A DNA stretch of 63,746 bases, counting the filler, from Octopus bimaculoides (lineage: Eukaryota): assembly GCF_001194135.2 (NCBI RefSeq). It is 4 parts of 4 records of this genome, joined end to end, with 100 filler letters (N's around TTAATTAATTAA, not from the genome) between each part and the next. Parts side by side here need not be neighbours in the genome. Positions count along the whole stretch, not along the records: positions 1 to 20,806 come from NC_068988.1; positions 20,907 to 43,325 come from NC_068993.1; 2 more parts are not named here. One strand, 5' to 3'. The notes beneath the pieces were generated by a model. It ran no database searches. It was not told the DNA's origin and worked only from the letters and a program-made list of their open reading frames with translations. Every line of letters starts with the position of its first letter. Positions within the stretch are counted from its first letter, which is position 1. A program made the position numbers and the translations under genes. Shown one piece after another: positions 11,810-23,640 of the stretch.

Positions 11810-13046
11810 ACAATAACATTGTGAAATAATTAAGAAACTACCTTGTTAAACAAAATTAAACTGAAATTATTAAGTAGTATGAAAGCAGATCAATGTTGCC
11901 TTTCATTTTTTTCAGGTGGGGTCAATAAATAAAGTCCCAAGTGCAGGGAGAAGGATTGGTGAAATTGTTAGAATAGTGAAGATGCCTTGAAGTATCTTGT
12001 TCCAACTCTTTACATTCTGAATTCAAATTTTGCCTAGATGTTGATCACTGCTGGAGTACTCTGTCTGACCCACAATTAGCCAGTGTGTGGACAAGTAGGC
12101 CTACAAGCAGCATAAAGAAGCCAGCAGTGGCATGCTGAGGTTTCATCCAGCAGTGGATTTAAAACAGCTGAATGGAAGTGAAAACGTAAGCAAGTATTGA
12201 AGTAATTTAACAGCATTACAATAACTCAAAGTTATTTTTTTTCCTAATCTTCACTTGCAGATATTTCAATCACTATGGAATGTCAACTTGCTGAAACGTT
12301 TTAGAAAATCTGTATAGAGAAAATAAATATCATATTCATCTTTCTCTTATTTAAAAAAATTAAAATAAATATACATACTTTTAGAAAATCATTTTTTTTT
12401 CCATGAAACAAAAATAAAATTAACAAAATAGAATATAAAGAAATATTTTATTATTAAACACTATTTTATTATTGAAAAGTACAATTTCTTTCAAAACTTG
12501 GAAAATAAAATATCTAAGAATCATTTCTAATGTTTATAATACAATATTTATGTAATCAGATGCACAGAACAAATCAATTTCCTCCAATGAATCATTAATA
12601 ACGCATTGGCTATGATTATAAGCAAAAATATTAAAGAGAACCAAAACTCTACAATCAAATATACAAGGATTTATTCAGTGTACAAATAGAAAAAAAAAAT
12701 TTTAGTACTTTTTATGGTAATATATCCTTAAATATTTTTATATCATTTGGTAAGAAAATTTAAAACAATTAGTGAAACAAAGAAAATATGACTGAAATGT
12801 ATACATTGGAGAGAGAGAGAGTAAAACAGTAAGCTATCATTTTAGTTTATTTGCTCAATACTTTGACCTAATGTAATATAAAGTGTTTTGCATTATATGA
12901 GTATTGGTTAAAATACGTATTTAGGGTTATATGTCTAAACATCTAATAATTCGTTGCAAATATACACTGATGTAGGTTGATCATGATTAATAAACAGAAT
13001 AAAACAGTAAAAACAAAAACTAGAGATTATGATTCACATAAAATTT
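11200..13046 (-). other. Putative 3' UTR of the minus-strand gene
   Basis: Very AT-rich tract downstream of the stop, with several minus-strand AATAAA hexamers (plus-strand TTTATT, e.g. near 11206, 11403, 12447, 12671). The true end is unknown. Confidence 0.35.
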
Positions 13047-13150
13047 TCACAGCATGTTGTTTATGTCCAAAACTTCCAACTTGTGCAAAAATGTTTTGTG
13101 ATCATACAACCCATATGTAGGATCACTACCTGGTGGATGTCTGGCACGAA
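13047..13150 (-). CDS. Probable terminal coding exon of the same gene (F)RARHPPGSDPTYGLYDHKTFLHKLEVLDINNML*
   Basis: Very strong acceptor (TTTCCCTTATATTTTTCCACTGTTCTTTTTCAG). Open in phase 1, matching the previous exon, and ends in TGA at 13049-13047. Followed by an AT-rich UTR-like tract. Confidence 0.6.
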
Positions 13151-13889
13151 CTGAAAAAGAACAGTGGAAAAATATAAGGGAAACATAAATATAACCTTTT
13201 TTAAACATTTTTTCTTTCATAATAAGTGGCTGACTTTTAAAAATCTAGATATTTTTAAAAAGTGGTTTGACTTATACTGGTTTTCACAACTGTCCATTTC
13301 TCAGTTTTCCAAAGACACTAATGTAAAATGTAGATTCAATTCCAGACAGCTTGACTAAGACAAATTAACTGGCCTTGCACATTGGGAATTGTATGAAAGT
13401 AGAATCTAAACCATAATTTACTCTTTAATACTTTTTTGACAACAGAACAAAATATTATTGTGGAGGTTAAAACATTAATATTTGTATGAAAGGTTGTGAA
13501 GTTGAAAACTGTCCGACGTGGGGAGAAAAGCAGAGAAAGCAACTGTGTTGGGACTGGTGTAATGAAAATTAACGTCAACACAAAGAAAAAACATTATGCA
13601 GGCAGTGGCAGTAACAACATGGTGTATGACAGACCTGTCAAATTCATGCTAGTAGAGGGGAAATAGAAATGATGATGATGAAAACATCTGACACTGGGCA
13701 AGTTATTTTTCTTCTTCTTTTATATGGATAGTTTAGAGAATACAAAATACTGTTACCTATCTACCTAATGAGCTCTGACATAAGTATTCATTTTACATGT
13801 TTTTCCATGCTGGCCTGGTTTAGACACACTTGAGGTAGTAGCTTACAACCAGATGCTTGTTCTGTTGGCAACCCTCTTCTGTTTTTTCA

Positions 13890-14760
13890 AATAAGAGATT
13901 TTGTTTGTTGCATACATTAATGACATAGATGCCAACTTAAAGAATGCCACAGTGCTGAAATATGCAGATGACATCAAGCTATACCTTGAGATAAAAAGGA
14001 CAGATCCTGAATGCTATAGATCTTTCCTGCAATCAGACATGGACACAATGCAACAATGGATCATGGACTGGCAACTCAAGCTGGCTGTGGACAAGTGTAT
14101 CATCATGCATTTGGAGAGGAAAAACCCAGAGTCCACATATTCTCAACACAACACTAGTATCAAGAAGTCTTCTTGTGAACGTGACCACAGCATTACTGTT
14201 AGCAGCTATATGCACTGGACAAAGCACATTTCTAAAATTGTCAAGAAGGCCGAAGGTGTCTTGGCATCACTCAGCAAGACCTTTGTCAGCCATTTTCCAG
14301 CTATGTATTTAAGGCTGTATATGGCTATGATGTGGCCACACTTGGAATTTGCATCACCAGTCTGGAACCCCCATCTTGCTCAGGACATTGACCTCCTGGA
14401 AACTGTTCAGAGATGTGCAACCAAGTGAATACTCTTCATCAGGCATCTGCTATACTCTGAATGCCGCCTTGCTTCCCTGGGCAGCTCCAACGCCTGGCAA
14501 CTGACTTGGTAAACACTCACAAAATTACTAACCATTGTGCCAACAACCACCTTGAGTACCTTTTTGAGCTCCATGTATCTATCATTTTAGTTTATTTGCA
14601 AGCCCACAAAGTCAGAAAACAGCACAGCTCCCATAACTTCCAGAAACATTTTTTTCACAAGTAGAGTTGCATCAGTTGTTAGTTGCCGAGACATTGCATA
14701 CTTTAAACCTCCATAGTTCCTGAAATATGCCAACACTACACTTGATATCCCTGCCTCCAT
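13890..14760 (+). mobile_element. CR1-type LINE reverse transcriptase fragment (intronic)
   Basis: FVAYINDI...VLKYADDIKLY...LQSDMD...DKCIIMHL...PHLEFASPVWNPHL..DIDLLETVQRCATK, then degraded AHKVRK...KHFF..RV. Confidence 0.9.
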
Positions 14761-14903
14761 ATGCATGCACATATGCATATCATAACTCATACACTGTTCA
14801 CTTTCCTGACTTTTGTACATAATTCTGTGTACTGTACATGCACCTTTGATGAATTGTAGTGCACCTGAGCAATATACACAATAATTTCATTATATCATTA
14901 TAT

Positions 14904-14949
<46 letters not shown>

Positions 14950-14954
<5 letters not shown>

Positions 14955-15051
14955 ATTTTACTTGCTTTAGTCATTTGACTGCAGCCATGCTTGGGTATCC
15001 TTTGCACTTATTTTTAGTAGAAAGTATTGACCCCAGTACTTAGTTTACACA
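14950..15051 (-). mobile_element. SINE family B 3' fragment
   Basis: TTTACTTGCTTTAGTCATTTGACTGCAGCCATGC..GACCCCAGTACTTA. Confidence 0.65.
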
Positions 15052-15892
15052 NNNNNNNNNNNNNNNNNNNNNNNNNNNNNNNNNNNNNNNNNNNNNNNNN
15101 NNNNNNNNNNNNNNNNNNNNNNNNNNNNNNNNNNNNNNNNNNNNNNNNNNNNNNNNNNNNNNNNNNNNNNNNNNNNNNNNNNNNNNNNNNNNNNNNNNNN
15201 NNNNNNNNNNNNNNNNNNNNNNNNNNNNNNNNNNNNNNNNNNNNNNNNNNNNNNNNNNNNNNNNNNNNNNNNNNNNNNNNNNNNNNNNNNNNNNNNNNNN
15301 NNNNNNNNNNNNNNNNNNNNNNNNNNNNNNNNNNNNNNNNNNNNNNNNNNNNNNNNNNNNNNNNNNNNNNNNNCCTCAAGTTTTAACGTGACTATTCACC
15401 AGACTTGTGATAATACAAACTAGTAAAGAAATTTTATAAATTGTGAAAATATATAAGCATTTATGGGTACCAGTTCAATGAATAAGCATTTAAAGCTGAT
15501 TGGGCAACTATTTAAAAAAGTAGTGGTGTATGGTGGGGATTGACTGTAACAGATAAATATATATGAACACTAGTTGAATTGAAAAACTGTGTAAAAGATA
15601 TGCTGTAGGTACAAGTGAAAAAATAATAATCAGAATGAGATAGAGTATGTCAAGGGTATTGCAAGGATTAAACAGAATATAACAGAAGTGGGCCAAAACT
15701 TGTGTATGTGTATGTGTGCGTGCATGCAAGTAAATATATGTATTCATATGTTTTTTGTAAAAGGTATAAGCAAAAATAGATTACTCGTCTGCATTATCAC
15801 AACTGTCTGAAGAAGGGTCATGTGATACTCTGAGAAACAGTTTGGGAAGATTTTTCTTAGCTTTAATAGAATAACGTGTGTGCACAGATATA

Positions 15893-16097
15893 TATCTTTT
15901 ATCTTTTACTTGTTTCAGTCATTAGACTATGGCCTCGAAAATTTTTTAGTCAAATGAATTGATCCCACTATGTTTTTTTTTAAAGTGTGGTACTTATTCT
16001 ATTGATCTCCTTTGCCAAACCTCTAAGTTACAGGGATGTAAACAACCCAACACCACTTGTCAATCGGTGGTGGGAGAACAAACGGACCTAAAGACAC

Positions 16098-16110
<13 letters not shown>
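15893..16110 (-). mobile_element. SINE family B 3' half, CpG-decayed
   Basis: CTTTTACTTGTTTCAGTCATTAGACTATGGCC...CTAAGTTACAGGGATGTAAAC; homologous to 27605-27810. Confidence 0.7.
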
Positions 16111-16140
<30 letters not shown>

Positions 16141-16449
16141 CATACACACACACACATACACATACATACACGAACATCACCATTTGACAGGATTCAACAG
16201 GTCAGGGAGCTAGGTCTTGCTCCAATGTCTCAGTTTTGGCATGGTTCCCATAGTTGGATGCCCATCTAACTGAATGCATTAGTATTTATTTTTTATTATT
16301 ATTTGTGGTATCTTCAGAGGTATCGTCTTGCTGTCAGCAAAACTAAAAAACCCTTTCAAGCTCTGCACTGTCTTGTTGCTGCTTGAATCAGTTACCAATC
16401 ACTAAGAGTTAACTGAATGCTTTTTAATGGTACTGGCATGTTGGGGTTA

Positions 16450-17090
16450 TATTGCAGCTTGCAATCTGAAAATGTCCCCTTGACAGAAAGAACAGGCTTA
16501 TTGTTAGAGGATGATTATGGTACAAATAACAGAGGAAACAATGTGGGGTGGTAGTAAAAGAGATAATGGAGAGCAAGAGAAAAATAATGTGAGGGATTAG
16601 TGCGAAAATGATAGGCTGAAGAGGAGAACCCAGTAATTGGATGGGTCAGCCCATTTTATATGCCTAAATAGGTATAAAGTGGTTTGTTAGGATCCAAGAC
16701 AATTCTTACAAAAGTTTATAGTTGAGAGAGCATAGGAACAATTATAGAGAAAGGGATAATAAGAGGGAAAGTGAAAAGTAGTATTAGGGATTGGTGAGAG
16801 AGTGATTCCACAGTAGGAGATGTAGTGCTAGCTCAGGCTGCATATGGGTGGGGATTAGTGAGAGCTTAAGGGTGATAAAGACAGTGAGAAGAGGAATGGG
16901 GTTGAGGAGGAGATGCAATGCTTCTCCACATAACAAATGGGTGGGTAGAGTGGTGTAGAGGAGAAATAGATATGATAAAAAGGGTGTTTTTGGACTAACA
17001 ACACTTGCAAAAGGTTCAGTGTTTGCTCATTCTTCAGGTAATATTTAATCTGAGTGATGTCAGACATTGGGTGTGCATGAAAGAAACAGA
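16450..17090 (-). mobile_element. Old LINE-like 3' remnant (Jockey/L2-like), poorly resolved
   Basis: Strong strand bias and degraded LINE-like translation; no clean motif recovered. Confidence 0.25.
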
Positions 17091-17254
17091 TACATTGCTC
17101 TGGTTACAATCTCTAAAACCTTACCTGCCATGAATTTTTTTAATTAAATCATCACATAAGCTATTGCTTAAAGTATGATTAGAGCCTATTTCTCAGAAAG
17201 TTTCAATACAAAAAATAACTCCAGAAAAAAAAAAAAAAGGAGAAAATTCAATGA

Positions 17255-17440
17255 TAATTAATTTGTTACAAGGTCAGCAATTTCAGGGGAAGGGATAAGT
17301 CGAATACATCAGCCCCAGTGTTTAACTGGTACTTATTTTATCGACCCTGAAAGGATGAAATGCTAGGTCAGCCTCAGTGGAACTTGAACACTAAATGTAA
17401 AGACAGACAAAATGCCAATGACTGTCAGCTCACCACCCAA
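17255..17440 (-). mobile_element. SINE family A copy
   Basis: GTCGAATACATCAGCCCCAGTGTTTAACTGGTACTTATTTTATCGACCCTGAAAGGATGAAA. Confidence 0.75.
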
Positions 17441-17956
17441 ATGACACTTTATATTAATAGCAAATGTTACAGAAGGTAATTAAATGATTGAGGAAGGGAT
17501 TAAAGCTTTCCCCCTTAGATTAGAGAGTTCATAACTCCCTTTAAAACAAATGTAAACAAGGGAAGTTTGATTTGTCTGGTGGTATAGAACTGATAGATGC
17601 AGTGTGGTTGTGGATTCATGCTGTACAGCACAATAAGAGTTAAGATGGAGGGAGTGTACAATGATTTGTTGAGTGCAGAGTATGTAGCGGGATATGTGCA
17701 AATAAGTAGCAAAAATCAGTAGGTGAATATCAAAATCATTTTCCAATGTATGTGAAACAACTGACTGTAAAGATATGTGGTAAATATGCAATTTAGGGAT
17801 TTAAAAAGTGAAAGTAAATTGATTGGCAGTAATGTTAATGGAATCTTATAATTTCATGAGCACAATCTAAAGTGAATTGACAGGAACACCACCACTGCTT
17901 CTCATCGGTTCTTTCTGAACAGCTCAGCAGTTGTGCAGGATTACTGCCTTGCTTAC

Positions 17957-18885
17957 ATGTATTGGCTATCACAGTAAGCCACTGAATTACCTTCTGAGAG
18001 GTATTTGTTGTTGGGTACAGCACATTGGAATAGTGTATCTCAGCTGTTATTTTTGAAATACTTAAAATATCACTAGAAGGCACTATACAAGTGGATGCTA
18101 GTGGACACATCATAACGAGAGAATTCAGTTAATACAGGGGTTTTCAAACTTTTTGACTTGCGGACCCCTTTATATTTCAGGCTTTACCTTTCATAAATGC
18201 TTATGAAATTTAAACATAAATATTTGCTTAAAATAACATATTTTTACATTTATTTACTTAACAGTATTTAACAAATAGGTTTATTGTCAATTAAAAAATT
18301 TCGATTAAAAAACATATATAAAATCAAATTGCCCATAAAAAGTATTTGCTGTCCACGGACCCCCTGTGGTCCGCGAACCACAGTTTGAAAACCCCTGAGT
18401 TAATAGAGTTTAGGATTTATCAGTTTTCTCTACGCTGTCTATATGAAGTTAGGAAAATGTCACTGTTGTCAATTCTGGCCAATTTACTTTCATTGTTTGA
18501 AACTAATACACTGCATTTTAATTGGGTATGTAATATAACTAAAAAAAATAACATGGAATGGTTAACAGGAAGTACAAGAGCAAAAACTTATAACGAAACA
18601 CTTAAACAAGACAGGGTTGGGTGTTATGACGTCAGGCAAAAAAATATTCTCAAGGGTGTCAGCATGTTAAAAAAAAAAAAAAAGACAATTAATAAAACAA
18701 ATGGCAGATGATGATAGTAATGACCAGCAAAACTTACACTTGTCAAGCTTTCTCAACATGTATGTATCAAATGTACCACATTCCTTTCTTACTTGCTGTC
18801 CCAGTATGCTCAGATCCTTGGTTGCTGGATGTACAATAGTGTAAGTCTGTCTTACAACAGTAGCACGAGGAACATAGTAGCCACT
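17957..18885 (-). CDS. Two internal coding exons of an unidentified gene: 18885-18738 (SGYYVPRATVVRQTYTIVHPATKDLSILGQQVRKECGTFDTYMLRKLDK) and 18082 (or 18043)-17957 (...AEIHYSNVLYPTTNTSQKVIQWLTVIANT)
   Basis: The first exon has a T-rich acceptor (TTATTGTGTTGTTGCAG) and a GTAAGT donor; it is 148 nt and ends in phase 1. The next exon is open in phase 1 from either acceptor (TATAG or AACAG) and ends at a GTAAGC donor in phase 1. Protein family not recognised. Confidence 0.65.
18135..18397. mobile_element. Non-autonomous hAT-type MITE (263 bp)
   Basis: 15-bp perfect TIR CAGGGGTTTTCAAAC/GTTTGAAAACCCCTG; perfect 8-bp TSD AGTTAATA (18127-18134, 18398-18405). Confidence 0.95.
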
Positions 18886-19700
18886 CTGCAACAACACAAT
18901 AACAACACTCAGTTTAAAAATAAAATATAAAAGAATTGGTTCTTAAAGAATATACTCAATAACTAACTTTCACTGTCAACAAATATCTGAATGATTTAAT
19001 CAAATATCTATACTAGAAAATGATACAAATGTATATTTTACTAACAAAGATTAAGGAATATATTTAAATTTAGAATTTAATACTTTAATTATTCTATAAT
19101 TAAAATTTAGTTATTTTTCATATGCCTGCTTTCCATGGTTTATTTTTATAATTGCAGATATTACTTGTAAATATGCTAATTCTTAAAACTACTAAAAATC
19201 CAAACATTTATCAGACTGGTAAAGGCAAACATCAAGCAAAGGACAAAGAGCAAATGTAACCATCTGTTACTACAGTGACTAGGTATCTGGGTTTATTATA
19301 TTCTCAATGGTCAAAATGAACCAAAATATACAGCAAATGTAACTATCTCCTGCTAAAGTGACTAGTTATCTGTTTCATTGACTGAACTGACAGGAAACAA
19401 CAAGACTCCTGTTAGAACCAACAATGATAACAAAAATTTATTTGTGCCAGAATATACAAAGAATTTGAAAACAGCTTTGCTTAGTTATTTTTAAGAAGAC
19501 ACTAGACCTAGCCACAATCTTTCCAAGAAAACGAAACCATAAGATTATTATTTTTTTAAACTTTTTCCTTTGAAGCATTTACTGTGGAAACAAATCATTA
19601 TACAGAACAAAAAACAAAAACAGGTAGTTTGAAGTTTCCCCACATATTTATAAGAAATCCAAATATTTTTAGGAACATTGTGTGTGTATGCATATATTTA

Positions 19701-19752
<52 letters not shown>

Positions 19753-20289
19753 AAATTTGATTTATAAATATATGTTTGCGCTTTTATGTATGTGTGTGAG
19801 TTTATTTCATTTAGCTGATGGCATGTATATTCTATTCTATAGTTTTCTTCAAAGATAAATTCCAGTATTTTGTTGTTTTATCTTTGTGGTACACTTGTCT
19901 TATATGAATTAAGTTCAACTGATAGATAATCCAGTAATTTAAAAAATCCTTCTATATTAAAATTTTGTTATATACTCAATGAATATTAGCTGATAGCTCA
20001 TTTTCTATGGTGATGTTTGAACAGAATTTCAATAATTTTGTATTTTGCTGAATTTATCTATATCTACCAGAAATTAGATTCAATTTGAGATGAACATTAT
20101 GCAATAGATTTGGTTAAGAACCTTGTTAAATTGTATTCTAAAAATCATATGATGATAAATAACAAAGTCAGAATTGTTTTACGAAACCAGTATAAATTCA
20201 CAATTATTTTAAAATTTAATTGAAACTCATAAGGAATGTATTTTGGTAAGAAATTCAATAACAAAAGAGATAAGGTTAATCCTGGTAAG

Positions 20290-20339
20290 CAGTGTACCTT
20301 TGTGCAAAAGATGCAGCAGGAAACACTCATACTTTACAA
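20290..20339 (-). CDS. Possible upstream exon (ATG-MSVSCCIFCTK, or VKYECFLLHLLHK in another frame) of the minus-strand gene
   Basis: Acceptor CTGTATTTCTTAATGTTAG and donor AAG|GTACAC. The ATG frame ends in phase 0, compatible with the 18885 exon. The donor is weak and the call is speculative. Confidence 0.25.
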
Positions 20340-20454
20340 CTAACATTAAGAAATACAGTCAGTTATGAAAGTGTCTGTTCCATAAATATAGGTCAATTTT
20401 AAATAACACACAAACATGTTTGCATATCAAAACCAAAATCAAATGGAAATTGTG

Positions 20455-20695
20455 GTTGTGATCCCTGTGCTGGTGGCACATAAATAGCACCAACCGATCG
20501 TGGTCGTTGCCAGCCCCCTCTGGCCCATGCCAGTGGCACATAAAAGCACCCACTACACTCTCGGAGTGGTTGGCGCTAGGAAGGGCATCTAGCTGTAGAA
20601 ACACTGCCAGATCAGACTGGAGCCTGGTGCAGCCTCCTGGCTTCCCAGACCCCAGTTGAACCGTCCAACCCGACATTAAATGATGATGATGATGA
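20455..20695 (+). mobile_element. RTE 3' tail (family D)
   Basis: AAAAGCACCCACTACACTCTCGGAGTGGTTGG..CCGTCCAACCCGACATTAAATGATGAT. Confidence 0.8.
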
Positions 20696-21289
20696 CCTAC
20701 CCATATATACATACACACATGTGTGTATCTATCTATCTATCTCTCTCTCTCTATATATATATATATAGTGTTTAAAGGATATATATATATATATATATAT
20801 CCTTTANNNNNNNNNNNNNNNNNNNNNNNNNNNNNNNNNNNNNNNNNNNNTTAATTAATTAANNNNNNNNNNNNNNNNNNNNNNNNNNNNNNNNNNNNNN
20901 NNNNNNATGGTCAAAATTAACGTGAGTTACTTAGACATTAACAAATTTATTAGAATATTTAGCTGAAGATCAGAATAGAGTATTTTACTCTTAACTGTGA
21001 AACAATTGTACTAAATTAACTAAAGGCAAGTGTTTTTTACTCTTCTCTACTGTTTTTTGTTCTGTGTGTATCAAAAATATCGCTATCAATCTGGAGTAAT
21101 AATTTGTAGTTTTGAAATCAGTAGTTCTTTGACTGCTATTTCTGAATTCTCAGTATGTTGGAGAAGCAGGTTACTGTCAATCCCTATATATTTATGATTA
21201 TAAATTTTTTACCGAAGAAGGTTTTTTCATACTGAGCTACCCGGCAAAAGTGTTGATCATTAATTTTATTACTAATTGACGATTCCCTG

Positions 21290-21410
21290 CCCTGGTCAGC
21301 CCGAGGCTATAGTAGAAGACACTTGCCCAAGGTTACACGCAGTGAGAATGAACCCGAGGCCATGTGGCTGGTAACCAAGCTACTTACCACACAGCCACTC
21401 CTGCGCTTAT
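21290..21410 (-). mobile_element. SINE family B 5' head
   Basis: CCCGAGGCTATAGTAGAAGACACTTGCCCAAGG..AAGCTACTTACCACACAGCCAC. Confidence 0.75.
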
Positions 21411-21435
21411 ATGTATATATACATATATATATATA

Positions 21436-21525
<90 letters not shown>

Positions 21526-21540
21526 TATGTTTGTATATAT

Positions 21541-22042
21541 GCAAATATATATTCTTTTGTTCTTTTATTTCAGTCTTCTGAATATGTACTGAATAATATA
21601 TCAGTTGAATAAAGTTAGAATATATTCTGGGTAGTTTAACAAAATTACCGCTCTCATGCAAAATGTACACATCAGATCTCAAATGTGCTTAACTGACAGT
21701 TGGGTTCTGAACAGAAATAATATGACAACCAATTAAGGAAGTGGATTAATAAATATAAACAAGATACAGAATATCAGTATGCCTGGTAAACCGTGATGTT
21801 TGAGAGCATGCAGTTTTATCAAAAAGGTATTCTAAAAATTCAGCTAGTTGGAGCCTTCTAACTATTCGTTAAACACATTTGAAATCTAATGAGTACACTA
21901 TGTATGAAAGCGCTAATTTTGTTAAAATGGTATCATTAAAAAAAAGTGAAAACCAGACTATGTTTAACTTTATTCAAGTGATATATTATTCTGTACACGT
22001 TCACACGATTGCAACAAGTAAAAGAACAAAAGAATATATATT

Positions 22043-22045
<3 letters not shown>
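21541..22045. mobile_element. Fold-back element with ~155-180-bp imperfect terminal inverted arms, embedded in (TA)n/(TG)n
   Basis: 21541-21696 is the reverse complement of 21866-22045 (AAATATATATTCTTTTGTTCTTTTA...; ACTTTATTCAA.TGATATATTATTC.GTACA; TAATTTTGTTAAA; CACATTTGA.ATCT.ATG.GTACA). Confidence 0.75.
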
Positions 22046-22100
<55 letters not shown>

Positions 22101-22490
22101 NNNNNNNNNNNNNNNNNNNNNNNNNNNNNNNNNNNNNNNNNNNNNNNNNNNNNNNNNNNNNNNNNNNNNNNNNNNNNNNNNNNNNNNNNNNNNNNNNNNN
22201 NNNNNNNNNNNNNNNNNNNNNNNNNNNNNNNNNNNNNNNNNNNNNNNNNNNNNNNNNNNNNNNNNNNNNNNNNNNNNNNNNNNNNNNNNNNNNNNNNNNN
22301 NNNNNNNNNNNNNNNNNNNNNNNNNNNNNNNNNNNNNNNNNNNNNNNNNNNNNNNNNNNNNNNNNNNNNNNNNNNNNNNNNNNNNNNNNNNNNNNNNNNN
22401 NNNNNNNNNNNNNNNNNNNNNNNNNNNNNNNNNNNNNNNNNNNNNNNNNNNNNNNNNNNNNNNNNNNNNNNNNNNNNNNNNNNNNNNNNN

Positions 22491-22529
<39 letters not shown>

Positions 22530-22605
22530 GCACATGTACGCATCTACATATATAGTTTGCATTTAAATAGGCGCAAATTGCAAAGTAACCTGAAGAGCGT
22601 GAAAT

Positions 22606-22646
22606 TTATCAAACATGGCACTTATCAAACATGGCACTTATCAAAC
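22606..22646. repeat. 16-bp tandem duplication (TTATCAAACATGGCAC x2.5)
   Basis: Direct reading. Confidence 0.85.
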
Positions 22647-23039
22647 TGCGTCAGGGTCTGGGAGTCTACATAATTTACAATAATAATTATCTCTGGATTG
22701 TTCGAGAAAAAATATAATTGTAGGGTCACCTGAATAATGTATATTTCCACAAAACACTGCCCCTTAAGTATTTCAATAAATGGATTAATGCCAATAAATA
22801 CACAAAGATAAAAGTAAATATTTGAATGACTTGATAGAAGAAACCTCACATTAACTCATACGAATAAAGAAACATATATAGGGAGAAATACGCACACACA
22901 CACATACACGCATAGCAATAAGATGTATGCACTTTATACTCTTTTCACTCTTTCAAAAAAAACATTATCCACAGGAAACAAATGATGGATATGTAAGAGC
23001 CTATGCAAATGTATTTGATTTGCATCTTCCTTGATAATT

Positions 23040-23640
23040 ATGGATGTTTCAGAGAGTATTTCACTTTGCTTATCAGTTACATAGATTCTTTCTATCACGA
23101 TTGCTTATTCATCAGACCTGAGTTGGTCTGTAATTTTTCCTTCATTAGTATATTCGTTAGTTACATCTTCGTTCTGTTTATCCCTTACTCATTGTTTAAT
23201 CAGGCCACTCTCTAATTCAGTCACTAATTTCTTTTTCATAATGTTTCTGGCATTAGCAAGCTTGTTACTATCTATGTAGGATCATACTTCAAGATGCTTC
23301 CCTCTCTCCAATCTAGCTAGGTTTGTTCAGTATTGAATTTATTTATGGGTAAATGCATAGCATAATTGAAGGTCTTAAGAACGTCTTTATTATATTCTCT
23401 GGACTATCTTTCATTCCATTTCCTTTTATCATTTGATGTTGAGCGTAGATGGCATGTGTTAGAATATTCCGGTTGTGAGTTACACCCGACTTCTGTGTTT
23501 CGGGTAGATTTGAACCAGTAGCTGATTTTTCGCCCACAGTCTAGTTCCTCACTGGAGTGCGTGAGCTTTGTTAACACGGGTGATGACCTATCCGGTGTGA
23601 AGTTTGCTTTGCTATCATTCAGACCCGAGAAGCTTGGACG
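23040..23640 (-). mobile_element. R4/Dong-type ORF 5' fragment (degraded)
   Basis: RKW..SREYNKDVLKTFNYA and DSNKLANARNIMKKKLVTELE resemble the N-terminal region of R4-like ORFs; contains stops. Confidence 0.45.

Noticed and set aside
17889-18840. Plus-strand exon-like readings (NTTTASHRFFLNSSAVVQDYCLAYMYWLS; LSQHVCIKCTTF...)
   Set aside because: Antisense shadows of the minus exons; the second has an A-rich upstream sequence that makes a poor acceptor, and the phases do not join.
20851-20862. TTAATTAATTAA islands inside N gaps (also 43370-43381 and 58745-58756)
   Set aside because: An identical 12-mer with stops in all six frames, centred in N runs, is an assembly spacer rather than biology.
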